The notes: generated from the sequence alone by a model not told the origin. A stretch of DNA of 64,000 nucleotides from Phoronis australis (GCA_002633005.1 NMRA01000162.1:489632-553631); one strand, 5' to 3'; numbered from the stretch's first letter, positions 40,560 through 52,489 are shown. Made by a program: numbers and translations.

Positions 40560-42177
40560 CAAGAAGTTAGGATGCCGTGGTTGCTCGCAAAGCTCGAGTC
40601 AAATTCGGATGGAATGTGGTCCAGAAAGAGAACGTTTCAGCGTTACCCCCCTGCCAAACTTTCAAATCAGGCGTGGTTAAATGAGTAATTACACCTCATT
40701 TCATATTCGGACTTAAATATTTAGTGAGAGAATGACTTGACTTTTTTATCCGGTGGTATTTTGTGAGTTACTCAAATTGCTTACATCGACGGAATTGGGA
40801 ACAGTCCCCTATTCCGAAGGTTTACTACTCTGAAGCTTCATTACTCCGAAAATATCTAAAACTCCGGATTCAGTTGTAATTTTCATACTTTTACAAACAA
40901 AAAATAACAATACTTCGGTGATTAGATTCATTGAGTGGTGCTCCAAAACCCAATTAAACTAACGCCCGGATTTCATGCGCATGCGAAATTGACCGCATGT
41001 CTTATGAATACGGAGCAATGAGTAGGTGCTTGCATTTTTAAGAGAATATGAAGTAAATAGGACCGTCCCGGATTACACAGCGACAGACGCATCTCACTGC
41101 ATTTACTCACAATGCCGTAAACATCCGTCAGGTACATTCAGTGCCGCCTCGTTTTCGTACCACTGGAGGTTCACGTGTTAGTTGTTGATGTCTTTACAAG
41201 TTTTTTCTCGGTTTCTTTACTCTATTCGTCCTTCCAATGCCAACGAGGTATACTGCTGAGTTGTGGGCTGATAAACTCCGGCGTGAAAAAGTTGGATAAA
41301 CACGACAAATACTCGGGAATGCGTGATCTGAGATTATGCGCCTTCCCGACATCAATGAGAGACACGATTCCAAAACTGGGTCACGTGTTTTCTTATCTCC
41401 AAGACAAAGGAGAGTTATCGTCATCTAATCTGGGACGGACCTGTTTTCAGCCATGATAGGTTCATCGAATGCATGTCAAGATCCCATCATTTCACGGCTT
41501 GACTGAAAATTTTGGGGTCGCTGCGCCTCATCATTGTTATGTTCGTGGTTTTTATTAAACTTGCAGAGTTCAAAACACAACCTTATATGGCACTGGTATC
41601 TAGAATCATAGATTGTGTAAGATGTGCAAAACAATTATCTGAAATCTGATTATGACTCATGAGCATATGATCCCTAGTTCTGACAAACAAGTTTTCAGTT
41701 GAGAGTTAGACAGCATAGTAAATAGATGTATCTTGTAGATCCATAGAATAAACCCACGTAAAACCGTAACACAGAGTTCTGTTTGAAAGAGGTTTTCATA
41801 CAATCATCACCTACCGGAACCACGCACACGGCCGGGTTGAAACTAATTGTAGTTAGTTTGCTACAACATGTACCCTGTCTTTGTTAGTCTTCATGAAGTC
41901 AAAGATTCCCATTCATCCTTCTTAATTTTAAAACCGCCGTTGGTCGCCGCAGCCTTGACCCGGTGTTGTCCCTGCATGAGAATGAGTGGCATGCTGGTTC
42001 TGAATGGCCAATGACTCTTCAATGTACAGTAACTCCTTATTAGTTACATGCAGAGCTGGTGACCCTGCAACTACGGTGATGACCAGCTGCTGACTATACT
42101 CTATGTATCTCTCACTTCACTCTATGGATGTTACCTGAGCTGTATGTTGACACTTGTTGTCCTAAATTGTTGTAAAT

Positions 42178-42225
42178 ATGTTCCTGATGATGTCTAATGA
42201 AAAGACGAAACGTTGAATTGAACAT
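42178..42225 (+). ncRNA. Minimal type-I hammerhead ribozyme (Penelope-like element terminal repeat type)
   Basis: ATGTTC-CTGATGA-T-GTCT(AATGAAA)AGAC-GAAA-CGTT-GAATTGAACAT shows both core boxes, helix II, a palindromic AACGTT helix III and helix I complementarity. Confidence 0.6.
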
Positions 42226-43389
42226 GAACTTTTTTTATTTGGGCGGCGATCGTCCGGTTTTTAATTTTATTGTGGCCAAAAACTGATTTAATTTTCAATG
42301 TGCATGCAAATTGCCTGCATGTCTTAACACGAACAAATGAGCACGCAATTGCATTAAAAGAATATGAAGAAGGAGTATTAATGAATTATCAACGACGATA
42401 CATTCGTCAAATTCATGTCAATTAGGATCGCATCGAAGCTCAATTGAAAAGTTTGGGGCCGCTTCGGCTCAACGTCACCAAAGGAACAACGCAAACGGCC
42501 GGGTCGATACTAAATGTAGGTAGTAGGCCACCCTGACTCTGCCAGTCTTCATGAAGTCAGTTACAGTAGTCCCTTTCAATCTCCTTAAATTTAAAACCGT
42601 CGTTGGTCACCGCAGCCTTGATTGTTGTCCCAGATGTTGTCCCCAAATGCTTGAGAGCGATTCGTGAACAGGTAATCAGAGTAGTGGAAGCTCTGATTTT
42701 CGGAATCGTGTTAATTCGAAGAAGTGAGTTTTCGAAGGTAGCTAACCTTTGTTTGGAGTAGTGAGCCTTCAGGGAACTCAGTCTGGACCTTGACAGAGTA
42801 GTAAACATTACGGCGTTCTCCCATTCATTGACTTTACCAGACGTAGATGGTTGTGAGCGTGTGATAACAATGAACTTCTTTAATTGCAAACTGCCAATCA
42901 CAACCCTTTGTCTAGTATGACAACACGCAGGCCAATTATCTACCAGGCTTATTACAAACCAAGTGTGGACACAGTCAAACCCAGAGCGAATTGCTACAAC
43001 TTAACTTTTATTTTTAACAGCACAGCCCAGTCAGGCTAGATACGATTTTATTGGAGATTAGAGCAATTATCCAATCATAAATGAGGAGAGGTGCACCATT
43101 GACAAGAAAAAAAAATTCTTCATTTACCAAAGTTGAAGCTTAGGCCTACTTTTCCATAATAAAGTCAAAATGCTTGACGGGATTTTTTTAGTGGAAGAAA
43201 ACACGGAAGTTGAGAATTGTTTTTGAGCACGACGGAGGGGGCTTATAGTGAACGTACCGTCAGCGTGAACTGAATTCAAAAGAACGGAAACGCAAACATG
43301 TGTACACGCATGCATGTCAATCCAACATCTTGGTGGACACGTACTGGATGAACAACATATTTGCATATTCGAGGACCACTATCAAATAA

Positions 43390-44450
43390 AAATTTGAAAA
43401 TGCGTGCACTTTACCGTATTATGCTAGAAATTAAACTAAAATAGCAGAACAACACTTAATCTCAATTTTCCTGTTTTGTTTAAGTCTTGGCCGCTTTTAA
43501 GGCATTCACACCGCACTACTTTTTGGAAGCTCTCTCGTTGCTATATAGCTTAGAAATGTCTTAGCCTAGACATCTATGCCTACATGTAGGTATAAACATT
43601 CAATTCCAGACTCCTTTGTTACCCTATGGTGTATCCACCAAGCGTTCAATGCTGATGAATAACGCGAAGCCCTCCCTCCTCATCGTCTGCATGATCCTTG
43701 GTGTTATTTACACAAACACCAATCTGACGAAGTTGGCAGGGTACGGCCCGGTACCACGTCAAGCGCTTTGAATCGCTAGTCAAATCAAAATTATTACTAA
43801 CTCTGTTACCATTGTAGTTAATACTTCTAGTAACTGCAACAATCTTGTTGTTGTCCATAAAAGCATCTTTAACGATTATGCTGTGGCTGGACCTTTTCGA
43901 CGGGGAGGGGTTCGATCGAAGCCTCCGAACCCCACCTCTGGCAACGGTCCTGCCTCATACATGTATTTCACGATAACTTTCAATTAATTCCAAATTTGAA
44001 AACGCCTGCACTTTTCTGTTCTATGCCAACAAGTCGATTTTAAAGCATTCACACCGCACTACTTTTTGGGTGCTCTCTCGCTGCTATATAGCCTAGCTAG
44101 GTATAGACTTACATCTAGGCTCTGTTGTTACGCTACGTTGTAGCTATACCACGCGTGTTCAATGCCGATGAATAACATAAAGCCTCTGCGCCATCCTGTG
44201 TTCTATATGTACGCAAACACCATTTGGGCGAAGTTGGCCTGATACTGCCTGCTGATTACGTGAAGTGCTTTGAATCTGAAGCAAATTCGATCGAAATCAT
44301 TACTAACTTAGTTATCATTTTCGTTAGTTGTACCAGTAGCTGGAACAATTTTGTTGTTGTTGTCCATCCGTATCCTTATCTTTAGCAGATAGGCTGGCGC
44401 CGGACCTTTTCTGCGGGGGTTTCCATCGAACCCCCTGGCTACGGACCCAC
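43390..44450. repeat. Diverged tandem duplication of a ~500-600-bp unit
   Basis: AAATTTGAAAA.GC.TGCACTTT at 43391 and 43992, GCATTCACACCGCACTACTTTTTGG at 43502 and 44045, and TTGTTGTTGTCCAT near both ends. Confidence 0.8.
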
Positions 44451-44802
44451 TCTTAGTTCTATAGGGGCTTCAAAGTAGGTTTCGTGAGTACTTACAACAG
44501 GTAATTTCATGTTGAATTTTTGCGGCGCCTCATTAAAGATAATTATCCTTACTTTTCACTAGTGTAACATGTTACCATGTTTAAAGATACACATTATAGT
44601 ATAACTCGCTAATGAACTTGTAGAGAAATTACAAAATGTTGAAACCATTTTAACAAATCAATAAAATAGATCCTGGAATGCCGTGCAGTTACGACGGATA
44701 AGAATGTAAAATAGTGAAAATAGTATGAATAAAACGACGAGCGTTGGTACTGAAACATGCGGTGGTTGTAAAAGGACGGCACGGCAACTTTTTTACTCCG
44801 TT

Positions 44803-45365
44803 GCTAATTCTATCAATAGACTTAATATCTCTATCGATAGACTTGGTATCTCTATCGATAGACTTATTATCTCTATCGATAGACTTACTATCTCTTTCGA
44901 TAGACTTATTATCTCTAACGATAGACTTAGTAACTCTTTCGATAGATTTATTATGTTTATCGATAGACTTACTATCTCTATCGATAGACTTATTATCTAT
45001 ATCGATAGACTTAATAACTCTATCGATAGACTTATTAACTCTATCGATATACTTATTAACTCTATCGATAGACTTAGTATCTCTATTGATAGACTTACTA
45101 ACTCTATCGATAGACTTACTATCTCTACCCCCTTACTAATTCTATCTATAGACTTACTATCTCTATCGATAGACTTAATAAGTCCATCGATAGTCTTATT
45201 AACTCTATCAAAAGACTTAGTATCTCTATCGGTAGACTTAGTAGCCTATCTCTGGCGACAGGCTTACTAAGTCTATTGATAGACTTATTAACTCTATCGA
45301 TAGACTTAGTATCTCTACCGATAGACTAACTAACTCTATCGATAAACTTAGTAACTCTATCGCTA
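44803..45365. repeat. 21-bp minisatellite, roughly 26 copies, consensus CTCTATCGATAGACTTA(C/T)TA(T/A)
   Basis: Directly visible. Each unit carries the 12-bp palindrome TCTATCGATAGA. Confidence 0.95.
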
Positions 45366-45404
45366 GTTACGATATAAAGGATGCTAGATCGGTTTCAAAT
45401 TAAA

Positions 45405-45570
45405 ATGGAGGACCAAAACAAGCATATTGTCGATTTATTCAAGCTAGGATTGATCCTGAATGAAATAATGAATGCACTCATGCGTCGTTTTGAAGTGTCA
45501 CTAAGCACAAGGCAATTGCGACGTGTTTTGGCGTCTGACGGACTTCGGTGCCATAAAAGTATGTCACCTT
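45405..45570 (+). pseudogene. N-terminal HTH (Clr5-like) fragment of an IS3EU/integrase-core-type transposase (tentative)
   Basis: MEDQNKHIVDLFKLGLILNEIMNALMRRFEVSLSTRQLRRVLASDGLR fits the I..yF..G....EI...L......lS.RqLrR.L...GL.R pattern. Confidence 0.5.
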
Positions 45571-45889
45571 TTGTACAAGTATGGTACATACGTTTTCGTG
45601 GTCTTTCGGTATAAACATGAGTTACACCTTTGAACCATTTGAATAAATTTGGATCACATTTTTCAGACTTGCAAGGTATAACATGGTTGCAATTTTCAAA
45701 GTCCAGCAGCCCATCCTAGCCCGCTAACCGGATAGGCCTATCAGGTTTGTGCACCTGGGCAGTCAGTAAGTCGAAAGTTGCCAGCGAGAGCTAATGTAAT
45801 ATTCTGAACTAAAGTCGTGACCTGTTGACCCAGGCCAACAGTTGTGATAAATATGAAGTAACTTTTTAGCAATTGCTACTAATTTCTTA

Positions 45890-46140
45890 CTTGCACCAAC
45901 AGGGACTAACAAATCAAACTGGCGAAAAATCTTTTGCGACATGCGAAAGTCAACGCCCCGTTCAATCTTCCGCTTTGTTCTAGATTGGTTTTCTGGATAA
46001 CAGCACGTCAATTTTTGTCTAAAGCCAAGTCTCAACTCATGTCGATGAGTAAAACATATAACGGCGCATTTCCATTGGTTTGCCAGTCCAGCCTCCTCTC
46101 TCCAGCTCTGGCAAGAATCATCTGTAATTCCGATTCTGAG
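45890..46140 (-). pseudogene. Cys/His-rich N-terminal fragment of a large animal DNA-transposon protein (superfamily uncertain)
   Basis: SELQMILARAG (frameshift) ICFTHRHEL.LGFRQKLTCCYPEN...ERGVDFRMSQKIF.QFDLLVPVGA, then a GTAAG donor. Confidence 0.4.
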
Positions 46141-46849
46141 TTAGAGTAAGGTCACATCACAAAAATGCCCAAATTCGAGGACGACGTTTAGCACTAAATA
46201 TATAAGAGAAAAGTTTTTTAAAAATAATTATCAAACATTTGTCTTAGATGTGTCTACACAGAGAATTTCAACTTCAAATATATTCCGATATAGCAGACAG
46301 GTTAAGCAACATCTTGTCTCTTGTGACTTGCCTGAAAAGTGGTCTCGGAGTTTTCTCCCCTGCTGGAAATTTAAATGTATCTATGAGTTTAAAATTTAAT
46401 TTTCTTACTAACCTTACACGAGTCTTTATGACCATCAATATCAAATTTTGTCACCAGTTTTTCAAGTTTGATATTTTGCCGTTCCAAAAGAGCAGTTTTA
46501 CTGACATGAAAAATGCAAAATATGCCTTTATAGCCAAATAGGTCATATCTCGGTAACGAAAGGTCATTGAGTGCAAATATTGCAGCAGTGTACTTTGGGC
46601 CAGCATCCCAACACATGCACGAAATATTAGCTCTGTATGAATTTTTGAGTATATAGTGATTTTTCATTTTCATATGGTTTTTATATGGAATCATTCTTAA
46701 CAACGTATCTTGCAAAACAATATCCAGTTTTGTGCATTTTAAATGCTGAAAGGCATGAAATCAAACACAGGCTGGGTTCAGCAGAACGAGTTCGTAATTA
46801 ACGTGTCTCCGAGGCACTGCGTCACTGCCTCTTCTGTTTTTTGTTTTAG

Positions 46850-46945
46850 ATAACGTGCCTCACGATGGTCTACGTCCTTTTGTCATTGGCGACTTTGCCA
46901 CCGGTGACGGATGCGTTTCCCTTCCTAATATCAAGGAAGCCATAC
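46850..46945 (+). CDS. SABATH methyltransferase exon 2 (D-NVPHDGLRPFVIGDFATGDGCVSLPNIKEAI), SAM-binding motif I
   Basis: Strong TTTTTTGTTTTAG acceptor, GTGAGT donor, phase 1/1. FVIGDFATGDG corresponds to FxIAD(F/L)GxxxG. Confidence 0.85.
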
Positions 46946-47248
46946 GTGAGTTAAATGCCATGTAGTGAATGTTTATGTATTCCTTTTATTTCAAAGGCAA
47001 GAATAATTCTTACAATAAAATTAACTCCTCAACCAAGTCATCACATGAAAACCTGATAGTTACACCCGCAGATAAATTCTTAATTTTTTGCTAGACTAAA
47101 TTTAAATTACTTTTTGGAAATAGTTTTTAGAGAGTAATACCAAATGTCTGTCTTAAATCTTGCGTCACTTTGATTAAACAGAATCCTGGCATAACCTGTT
47201 TAAAAGGAATAGATATATAATGAAGCTCAACAATTGTACTCCTTTCAG

Positions 47249-47347
47249 GTTTGTTGAGATCAAAATATGAAGCTTCCATGCCGATACAAGTTGTTTATGA
47301 AGACCAGCCACTGAATAACTACACCTTGCTCGTGAGGAGAATCCACG
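47249..47347 (+). CDS. SABATH methyltransferase exon 3 (R-LLRSKYEASMPIQVVYEDQPLNNYTLLVRRIH)
   Basis: TTTCAG acceptor, GTAAGC donor, phase 1/1. QVVYEDQPxNN corresponds to the family's V.xxD.PxNDF motif. Confidence 0.88.
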
Positions 47348-47666
47348 GTAAGCATTAGAGTGTCAGGTGTTTACATAATCTAAGTTTTTGTGTTACCATA
47401 CCGGAGGCACGCCCTTAGACAGAAGTACGCCGTGGACGTACGTAAGGAATGTTATTGCAAAGACGCACTGGGCGAGCATTTGGAAAAAATATGCACGATT
47501 AATCCTAAACAATGTCTAAGGTTTATTCAATTCATGTATATCAAAATTAGCTACATGTATACGCTTAGTCGTCAGTCTTATGCATCAAACAGTTTTCGTG
47601 ACGTCATTTCGGTGAGAAAAATGTCGCGGGAACTTTTCGTTTGCGCGCCGGTTATACCCAAGTGTG

Positions 47667-50600
47667 CAGGGCTCGACGCTATTAAAATCTTCACGTCGTA
47701 TTTTGCGACCTAGCCAATATCCCATCTCGCATTTTCAAAATCCAACTCGCATTCGTGAATGCCAGGTCGCGAAATTTTCCGCCATTTTCCCCTCCAAAAA
47801 TGATTTCTTAGATCATCGATAAAATGTTTACTAGATTATTCTCCAGTACCTGCAGCGTTTAATACTCACAAATTTGAGATCGCAAAATTGAATTCGTTCA
47901 TGCACATACGACGTTACTGTTCTTCACGACCGCCATTGAAAGGCTCTGGAGCGCAAGGCAAGTTGCCGATTTGAGAGTTGAATTAGTGCTCTCTAACTGA
48001 CACGTGCATTCGAGTAACTAAGTTTTCTATGTCAAAAGGGAGAAAATGCCCGTTCAAAAAGTATTTTGCTAGCTCTGATCTGCTAGTTGTTGTCATCAAA
48101 GTCATTAAAGATCCAAAATCACTCAGAGTGCAAATTCTCTCCACTTTTTGTTCACAGCCCAAATTTTGCCTCTTAACTCGACGTTTGAAAAACATCTATC
48201 GAAAAAAATCCGTGAAACGATGCACTAATCGAATGACCTATTTGGATGCGCGGGAACAGTTCAGTGTAAAAACAGGGTACTTGTGCTGTTTACGTACTCA
48301 ACAATTAGTTTTCCATGAAATCAATAGCCTTGAAATAATTTCCGACTCTCTCCGTGCGGGTTTCCATCGGGTAATGGTGAGTTTGCTCCTCAATACCTTC
48401 CAAGTACAGGAAAATAGGTCAGTCACAAAACGACACACATGTAACTAGTGATAACTTTCTTTCGGAGGTATAAAACAAAGCCGGGATTTGGTTTTACATA
48501 TTGAGAAAAGGCGTTTTTTGAAAACTGAATTTGTTGTGTAAACATGCGCGCACCCAGCCTAAAATGCAGGGGGCTCGAATTCTTCGATATGCGGACCTTT
48601 TACTGAAAAAACCAACAAGGACTTAAAAAACGGGTCCACTAGGTTCAGGCCAGTCAATCGTGCATCCGCGCCGAATTCCTGTGGACTTTGTGGACTTTTG
48701 TCTCGTCTACTTATTATTTCACTGGGGCGGACCTTTTTGCCCAATTCGCCAAATTGTGCCCGAGCCCCTCCCTGGTAAAACGAGAGTGACACACCGTACA
48801 TGTATAGGCTGCGTGTTAATCTTAAACCACGCGCGGTCGTTTGTAGTGCGCTATGATAGGCGCTAGCCTGAACCGTGGGCGCTTAACTGGAAATTCTCAA
48901 AAGTTGAGAGGGAACGCTTAGTAGATCAGTGAGCGCTTACACTTCAAAGGTAGGGAGTAGATTTGTGCGTGAGCATTAGTCGTTAACATCATCAAGTGTT
49001 TGCGATGATAAGATATTAAAAGACTACAATGGTAAGAAACGTTATAATAATACGATATTGCGAGGCAAACTCCATCTAGTTGGATGACCTTCTGGATATC
49101 GTTATGAGCTAAACTGTACCCTTTTTAGCCACCCGGAATAATTTTGTTTTTAATTGCCCCTTTCAGCAGGAAAAAAAATTGTTTCTGTTGGAGTCTGAAC
49201 ATTTTACGGCGACTGTGGTCCTGGAAGAGAAAAGTTGCCGGGGGGATGTATGAAGAGAAGAATAAAAAGTTCTTTAACCACAATTTTACATCTAGTACCC
49301 ATTTAGTTGAAATAGCTGGCTACAGGCATTGAATATAGGGTTTAAGGAACATCGACTTCGGGAAACATCGGAACAGGAGAATATCAGTTCTGGGTTATAT
49401 CGGACCCGGGGAATATCGTAAAGCATCGGGTCTTTTATAACCGCCGAGAATCTCTGGGCTCATTTTCACATAAACCACTGGCACCCGGGTTCTTAAGAGA
49501 GATAAGCCGGCATACTTTTTCATTTAGGACTGTCGCTGTTCTCTTTTGATGTGCAGCTTTGGAGTGGTGCGCACATGTGAGTTCACGCACTTGAATCGCT
49601 GTAGTAGGCCTAGTCACTTTAGGTTGGCAACAACGTGTGAAAGACAAATCAGAAACAAGTAAAGGGGTTTGAGAATTTCTTGGCAACTGAAAGTAAAGAC
49701 GTGGCCGTCGATTGGCGACTAATGGGGTTGGCAATTTCACTTTGACTGCCTTATGCGATAAAAACGAGACGCACATCAAGTCATGGTACCGCTTGCGCGC
49801 TAACAACGGGACAGACCGGCAGTGCGATCAGGGCCCGGTCTCTAATCTTTGTACTCGAAACGAACTCGAAACTATGTTTGGCAATTTCTCTGCTCCTTTT
49901 GTGCGAACTTAAGATAATTGGTTATCAGACTGTGCTCGAATACATTATAGTGTATACATGTGCATAGGAGTTTCTAGTTCAAGTTTGCCCTTGAAGAGCC
50001 TTATATTCGTGCTACAAACTCGAGTAAAAACTCGAAATTTCGAGTTCAAACTCGAACTTATTGCTTTAATATTGGGTTTACAAACTGTGAACTAAGGGCA
50101 ATAAATTATCTACATAAGTTATTGTGTACTCGAACATAGAACTTATCTTGAGTTCGCCAAAAGTAGAGTAGAAAATGCCAAACCTAATTTCGAGCTCTAT
50201 TTCGAGTAAAAAATTTGGAGACCGGGCCCAGGGATATTGTCCTGGATATTTGATACATGTAATATGGACATCTTACGCGAAAAATAAACATACATGTATT
50301 TGTCCACAACAAAGTTTGGTAAGTTGATCGCTTAAGAATTAGTAGAAACACCGCTGTTTTGTGACGTTTTTTCACGTGTTATGCAGTGGCAGAAACTTTC
50401 TTCGGCAAATCCGGAAATTTGCAATATTGGCCGAAAATGTTAGCCTATGAAAGGCGTCAAAGGTCGATTCTGCATATTCCATGTTCACGCTAGTTGCTTA
50501 AAAGTCATCGGAAGGGCTGTTCTCGGTTAGTGTTCGTTTGAACTTGGGTGTGGCAACAACCAAATAACGGTCGAGTCAACAAGAGTTGCTTTATATTTGC

Positions 50601-50742
50601 CAGTTATCTGTCGAGAAGTGTAAAAACTCAGCTCGCATTCGTTGGAAATTCCAGGTCGCATTTTGCGACTTGACATGAGCTGACAAAAATCTCCAAATTT
50701 CAGGTCGCAAATGTGACCTGCAGCTCGTTATGTCGAGCGCTG
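47667..50742. mobile_element. ~3.1-kb hAT-like DNA transposon with a 5-bp TSD (GTGTG), in SABATH intron 3
   Basis: TIRs CAGGGCTCGAC / GTCGAGCGCTG, GTGTG on both flanks, and subterminal CAGGTCGC and CTCGCATTCG repeats at both ends. Confidence 0.7.
49832..50228. mobile_element. PIF/Harbinger-like MITE nested in the hAT-like element
   Basis: TIRs GGCCCGGTCTC(T/C)AA...TACTCGAAA and a 3-bp CAG TSD on both sides. Confidence 0.75.
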
Positions 50743-51039
50743 GTGTGTATTCGTCATATCCAGTTTACGCCCGGGCATATATTTGGATTTGATTTTTGAT
50801 TTCCACAATGATACTTTTTCGAATGTGCGCAATGAATTTTTTCTGCAGAACTACTGAATTTGAGGGTGCAACCGTCTCAACGGGCAGTAGAGACGGTGGC
50901 CACCCCATAGGCCCTTCGTGCGCCAGAAGCTTGAGGCGAATTATGCCACACGCAGGTTACACTATAAATGTCGTGATGCTAATATCTTGATGGTTTCTCA
51001 CCAGGTACTATCCACTTTGCACGGGGGTGTATAATATGT

Positions 51040-51585
51040 CTTTTCAGTTGTTCTTCCTTATAATTTTCTAATTCTCTATTTATCTGGCGTTGAAGTTTAT
51101 CTAGCAATGGATGGTCCTGTTGTGAGGAAGTAAAAAGTAAGGATCTTTTGTCCCCTAATTTCTTAATAAAATTCTTACCTTCAGTAAATTTTTCTTTTAC
51201 AAAATGAATACTTTGATTCTCTTTGTAGGGAAGTCTTGTATACTCGCTCCAAACTTCGAATACCTAAATTAACATAATTACTGTCATGGAGAAGAGAATT
51301 GTTAAATAGCCAAGACCCCCGACCTCTGGGGAAGTCTGCAATACAAAAAGAAAGGCTTCTACTGAAATGGTCAGCCCTGTATCCAAGATCAACTCTGCAT
51401 GATTCCAGCAAACAACTGTTTTGAAATAAGAAAAAATCTAATCGTGTCTTTTTAACTGGATCCATTATCTTCTAAGTAAGTTGTTTTACATTTGGATGAG
51501 CAAAACTCCACGAATCAATCAAGTTATATCTGGAGAAAACACTTTGGACTTCTTGTCTTACTTTGGGTTTGTCTATGACTGCTCT
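51040..51585 (-). pseudogene. Old L1/Tx1 LINE fragment (end of the APE endonuclease)
   Basis: YNLIDSW...KKTRLDFFL...GYRADH...RGRGSWLFNNSLLHD. Confidence 0.8.
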
Positions 51586-51619
51586 TGATAGACTTCGCCG
51601 GTTCCGTCGGGTCAACCGC

Positions 51620-51845
51620 CTAAGACATCTGATTGGTGCTTGATTACGACTTCCGGCTTATAAACTAATCAATCTCCCGTTCAGTAACGCCAGGACCTCG
51701 CTAAAAAGCAAGACCTCACGATATTACGTGTGATAGCGAGTGTCGTGTATTTTAAATTAAAACACGTGATTTTGGCAAGATTTAGCTTCATCCTAGGTTA
51801 GTTATTAGCGCTACTGAAGGCACGCCAGATGTCTTAGCCGGTTGA
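51620..51845. mobile_element. TIR element (TCAACCG.CTAAGACATCTG / CAGATGTCTTAGCCGGTTGA) enclosing a MITE family B copy (51675-51828)
   Basis: A ~20-bp inverted repeat is visible at both ends, with an internal family-B match. Confidence 0.6.
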
Positions 51846-52101
51846 GGTAAATCATGTGTACCTATCATTTTGCGCGCGAAGCCAAATCAGACACAAACAC
51901 CAGTAAAGGACTTAGTTATTACACGCTATACGTTTTGTCGGATTTCAACTTGAAATAGTACGAATACGACATGTATGTCTTAAAGAATTCCGGTTACCAA
52001 AGTTCACGGATATATTGATTTCTTTCCTGGACAGTTTTCCTTCAAGATAAGACACACCTGCCAACAATGTGTATCGTGCATATCATGACGATTTTCTTCA
52101 G

Positions 52102-52252
52102 GTTTACTACCACAAGTGGACCCAGACAATCTGAATACATTTCCCAATGTGTTCGTCGCGATCGTCACCAAATCTTTCTATGAGGTGTGCGTACCCCACG
52201 AAACACTGTTGGTGGGATTTTCAACCAACGCCATGCATTACCTGCAGACGAT
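52102..52252 (+). CDS. SABATH methyltransferase exon 4 (G-LLPQVDPDNLNTFPNVFVAIVTKSFYEVCVPHETLLVGFSTNAMHYLQT)
   Basis: TTTTCTTCAG acceptor, GTAAGT donor, phase 1/2. SFY...P..T...GFS..AMH(W/Y)L is the SABATH signature region. Confidence 0.9.
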
Positions 52253-52489
52253 GTAAGTACGTTGCGTAGAAATGCGACTCTCATTTCGTTATCTTTCTTT
52301 ATACAGTTCAGCATTAAAACTTAAATCTCCCGTGTAGTTTCAATTCTAGTCTACAGCCTGTTTCTAAATTGAGTTATGTCTACTTGTGGATATTAAGTAT
52401 CGGTCCACGGATCCACCGACCACTGTACAGCCAACAAGCGGCAAGGTGGGGGGTCAGCCATTCAGATCCATGTTTAGTTTTTCCGAATT

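Noticed and set aside
44725-45270. 181-aa and 131-aa heptad-repeat ORFs, and a possible CRISPR-like array
   Set aside because: Both ORFs are read-throughs of the 21-bp minisatellite. There are no unique spacers or cas genes, and the context is eukaryotic.
46389-46715. 108-aa minus-strand ORF
   Set aside because: No recognisable domain. It contains an AAGGTCATTGAGTGCAAA satellite-like motif and looks like non-coding TE interior.
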